Of a stretch of DNA of 38,250 nucleotides, positions 35,107 through 38,250 are shown in pieces (the first letter of the stretch is position 1; each line of letters begins with the position of its first letter). A program made the position numbers and the translations under genes. Under the pieces are notes generated by a model. That model saw only the letters and a list, made by a program, of their open reading frames with translations. It was not told where the DNA came from and made no database searches. The stretch comes from Catajapyx aquilonaris (taxonomy: Eukaryota): contig KZ538012.1 in NCBI GenBank assembly GCA_000934665.2, positions 124,001 through 162,250 of the forward strand, read 5' to 3'.

Positions 35107-35751
35107 CATGTTGTTTCATATCGTGTCACGTGACCAATAAAGGCTCTGTAACATTGTCAGTCAGCAGTATTTGCTGCCCTCTCCCGGGTTGCGACCTCCA
35201 GCTTAACATGTAAATGCTTTGTTGACAACTAGACCTGCCGCCACATCCGGCTGCTAATTTAATAGGTAAATAGACAAATTACCTGATGCACAAAACTGTT
35301 GGACACCCCGCCCTTCCCGAACCGTTTCGCAGTTGCCCATAGCAGGTGTCAGTGAAAGAGGTATCACTTGTTGACTACCAGACAACAATCCAGATTGCTC
35401 AACATGACTAAGGGTAAGATGGCCTTTGAGGATTTTATGCATGTGTTTTAAGAATGCAGGCAATGTTGTTGAAAATCCTGATTGCTGAGCTGATTTTCGG
35501 GCTGCATAAGTCAAAATGAATGGCAATACGTACGTTCAATTAAATGGCTGCAACGCAGGGCTGTGCATGAAATGATTCATTACCTTTTTCTAGGTATGCA
35601 AGGTCTTCCTATAATGAAGTGAAATAGTGGTTGGCAATATTTTGCCACTAAGCTGCTAATTTTAAAGCAGTTACTTTGGGATAATTACTCTTAGTGATGA
35701 TTAATAGTGTTAGCTGCTATTAGGTTACATGGAGCCATCCTTTTTAATGCT

Positions 35752-36038
35752 TGCATCCGGTCGCGAGTCACCGGTCCCGGCTGCCCGGTCGCCTTTCACC
35801 GTGCCTGTAGTGCTCTCCGGTGCTGTGAAGGAGAAGGGTCATCTCGCACGCTTTGAAGTTGAAGGCGATTATAATAATAGAGCGCCAGGACTACCAAGGC
35901 TCTCCATTATTATAATCGCCTTCAACTTCAAAGCATGCGAGATGACCCTTCTCCTTCGCGGCACCGGAGAGCGCTACAGATGCAGTGAAAGGCGACCGCG
36001 ACCGGGCAGCTGGGACCAGTGACTCGCGACCAGATGCA
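35752..36038. repeat. GC-rich long hairpin (~127-bp arms, short loop)
   Basis: 35752-~35880 is the reverse complement of ~35905-36038 apart from scattered transitions and a 6-bp GCGACC duplication. Confidence 0.95.
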
Positions 36039-36239
36039 GGTGTTGTGGCTTTGGAACATTGCATTTTGGCTGTATTTTCACCCTCCTAACGTGGAAATTA
36101 GCAGCGGAGGTGATGTTTTCTCAACACTATAGGCTAAGCAGAATTAGAAAATCAACAAGTTTTCAAAATTCAGGAGGGTAAGAAGAGTTACTTTGGTTGT
36201 GAGCATGAGCCTAACCCTTTTTACAGAAACAAATTTATT

Positions 36240-36405
36240 TCTAATAAAGTCCCACACAATCATGAAACTGACAGCGCTATTAATTCAGGCAGGTAATACA
36301 ATAACAGAAAACATGTGCCACCAAGTGATCATAAAACAAATGCAAAGATTCATGCAGAGGATGGTTCCAGACAGAATGGTGGTCACATTGAACATCTTAT
36401 CTACA
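36240..36405 (+). mobile_element. Tc1/mariner-superfamily transposase C-terminal remnant
   Basis: HTIMKLTALLIQAGNTITENMCHQVI then, frameshifted, RQNGGHIEHLI, resembling the GGHFEH terminal motif of Tc1/rosa-like transposases. Confidence 0.6.
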
Positions 36406-36541
36406 GCTAGGCTTTTCCCATAGATTCTTGTTTGTATATGTTAATTTGTAATACTGTCCTTGAAAGCAATGCCACAAAAAACACTGAATCATTTCATACA
36501 CCCCCCTGTGGAGTAATTTACTTGCTGTTTATCCTTTATAG

Positions 36542-36709
36542 CAGGGGTTCTTAACCTTTTCATGCCTACACACCCCTTTGAAGACAGTTGGTCCTTGTCG
36601 CACCCGCTATACCAGGGGTGATTGATTAAGTTCATAGTTAGACTACGTCCAGAGGTGCACCTTGCTCGCACCCCCTCGGGGTGCGGGCACCCCAGGTTAA
36701 CAACCGCTG
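36542..36709. mobile_element. hAT (Charlie-like) MITE, 168 bp, perfect 8-bp TSD
   Basis: TIRs CAGGGGTTCTTAACCT / AGGTTAACAACCGCTG; CTTTATAG at 36534-36541 and 36710-36717. Confidence 0.92.
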
Positions 36710-36923
36710 CTTTATAGAAAACAGTTTTGAAGAATTGGAATGGTACAGCCAGCACTAGGGACAACACCCGCATCGGTAAGTCCTATTGTACACCAATGTA
36801 TATGATGTATGGCAGGTTCATCCTTGTTACTGTTGCTAAACAATAATAAAACATAAAGACATGTCAGTCACCTGCAATGGTGTAACCCGTTCTAAGCACT
36901 TTGCTCAGAATATATCAAATATA

Positions 36924-37518
36924 TGAGGGCCATTCCAAAACGATTTACACTTTATTTTTTTGCCAGAAATACAGGACACTTGAAAGTCGACAGATAGGCA
37001 CACATTATTGATAGACTCCTCCTGGAGCCGAATATGCAGGAGTCATGGGTGTGCCAACCTCTCCAGGCCCTCCAAGAACCACTTTTTGGTGGTGCAGCGC
37101 ACCCACTCCCGGACAACTGCTCACAGTCAACAAACGTCAACAATGTCCTCGAAATGGCATCAACGAAAGGGTTTTTTTTTCATGACTCCAGACAGGTGAA
37201 AGTCACTAGGGACCAGGCCGGGGGAGTACAGCAGGTGTGGAAGCACCCAAAGCTAGATCCATGAAAAAAATCCCTTCACCAACACGATATAGAGGACATT
37301 ATTGATGGTTGTTGACTGCAAGCAGTTGTCCAGGAGTCGGGGCACCGCGCCACCAAAAAGTGGTTTCTGGAGGGCCTGGAGATGCTGCCACACTCATGGT
37401 GCCAGTGCATTCGGCTCCAGAAGGATTCTATCAATAATGTGTACCTATATGTCGACCTGCAAGTGTCCTATATTTCTGTCAAAAAAATAAATTGTGAATC
37501 ATTTTGGTATGGCCCTCG
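36924..37518. mobile_element. Second mariner-derived foldback, same family as 13751-14482
   Basis: TA|TGAGGGCCATTCCAAAA ... TTTTGGTATGGCCCTCG|TA; ~250-bp inverted arms homologous to the 14-kb copy. Confidence 0.9.
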
Positions 37519-37599
37519 TAATATAATATAATTTGGGTAGTGGGGACCCCCTTTTGAAGTATTGCACAGATGTTCATTTATTTTCGTGTTTACAGTCAG

Positions 37600-37865
37600 T
37601 ACATAGTTGTTAGTCGCAACGCCCTGGTCCATGGGCATGGGGGAGGGAGAGGTTCCCAAGGAAAGGAGCTGCTAAGTAGTTTCAAGTTAGGCAATCCTTA
37701 AAGCCAAACCTTTTCTCCTGGCCCTGGGCAGAGAAGGAAGTGTGAATCTGCTGGACACATTGGGTGAAAGGGGCAGACCAAACAAAGGTGACGGGGATGG
37801 GATTTGAACCCCAGACCTCCCACTTGGCTGGCTAGTAGCATAGCCACCAGACCACTGTGCCCCCC
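37600..37865 (-). mobile_element. tRNA-derived SINE
   Basis: Minus strand GGGGGCACAGTGGTCTGGTGG...GGTTCAAATCC (A/B boxes), non-tRNA body, ends GGGCGTTGCGACTAACAAC; no TSD found. Confidence 0.75.
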
Positions 37866-38106
37866 TGACTTTCCTCTGAATCAATTCTGCTTGACATACT
37901 CGTAGAACTCTGATGCACATATGATTATACTCTCTATACAGTGTTACTCTGCCAAAGTAAATAGACCAAAGTGTGGCAACAGTAGAAAATTGATGGGTTA
38001 ATCACTCTTGGCAAAGTAAATAAAATCAGAAGTTGGGTTTCAATGCATTTAGATATTGTTCAAATGATGCAGATTTAAAAAAAAGTTTAAGACCACTTAC
38101 CATATA

Positions 38107-38250
38107 CGAGGGTCGTCCAATAAGTTCTGAGCCTGATGTTGAAAGACATGTTAGATGGTCAAAATTTTATTACGACTTTTCGACGTAGTCACCTTGAACC
38201 AGGATGCATTTGTCCCACTGGTGCTCCAACCTCTGTATTCCGAGTAAAAA
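38107..38250 (-). mobile_element. Mariner 3' end, continues beyond window
   Basis: TA|CGAGGGTCGTCCAATAAGT terminus; minus strand encodes GIQRLEHQWDKCILVQGDYVEKS*, the mariner C-terminal motif. Confidence 0.85.

Noticed and set aside
35729..36022. 97-aa ORF across the hairpin
   Set aside because: Open only because the palindrome is GC-rich; no protein features.

Overview
Eukaryotic (arthropod, probably insect) genomic DNA with spliced genes and many decayed transposons; no prokaryotic features. Five protein-coding genes were reconstructed by hand with phase-consistent GT-AG introns. Three are divergent paralogous secreted proteins ending in a 4-Cys DM4/DM12-like domain: 536-2695 (-), whose two domain-bearing exons are absent from the ORF track, 24365-30652 (+) and 32340-35106 (+). 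Between them lie a ZAD + C2H2 zinc-finger gene (5409-7470, -) and an isoaspartyl peptidase/L-asparaginase ASRGL1-type gene (14693-20873, -). Non-coding space holds five tRNA-derived SINEs (three with clear TSDs), Sola-like, hAT and pogo/Tigger MITEs, several mariner-derived foldbacks, a 24-bp YY1/Pho + CCAAT tandem array at a probable bidirectional promoter, and a GC-rich 287-bp hairpin. The most notable items are the hidden third DM4/DM12-like paralog with a shared intron position, a long foldback probably inside the asparaginase 3'UTR, the promoter array, and a MITE resembling mammalian Tigger4/MER46. Family assignments come from motif recognition, not database searches.
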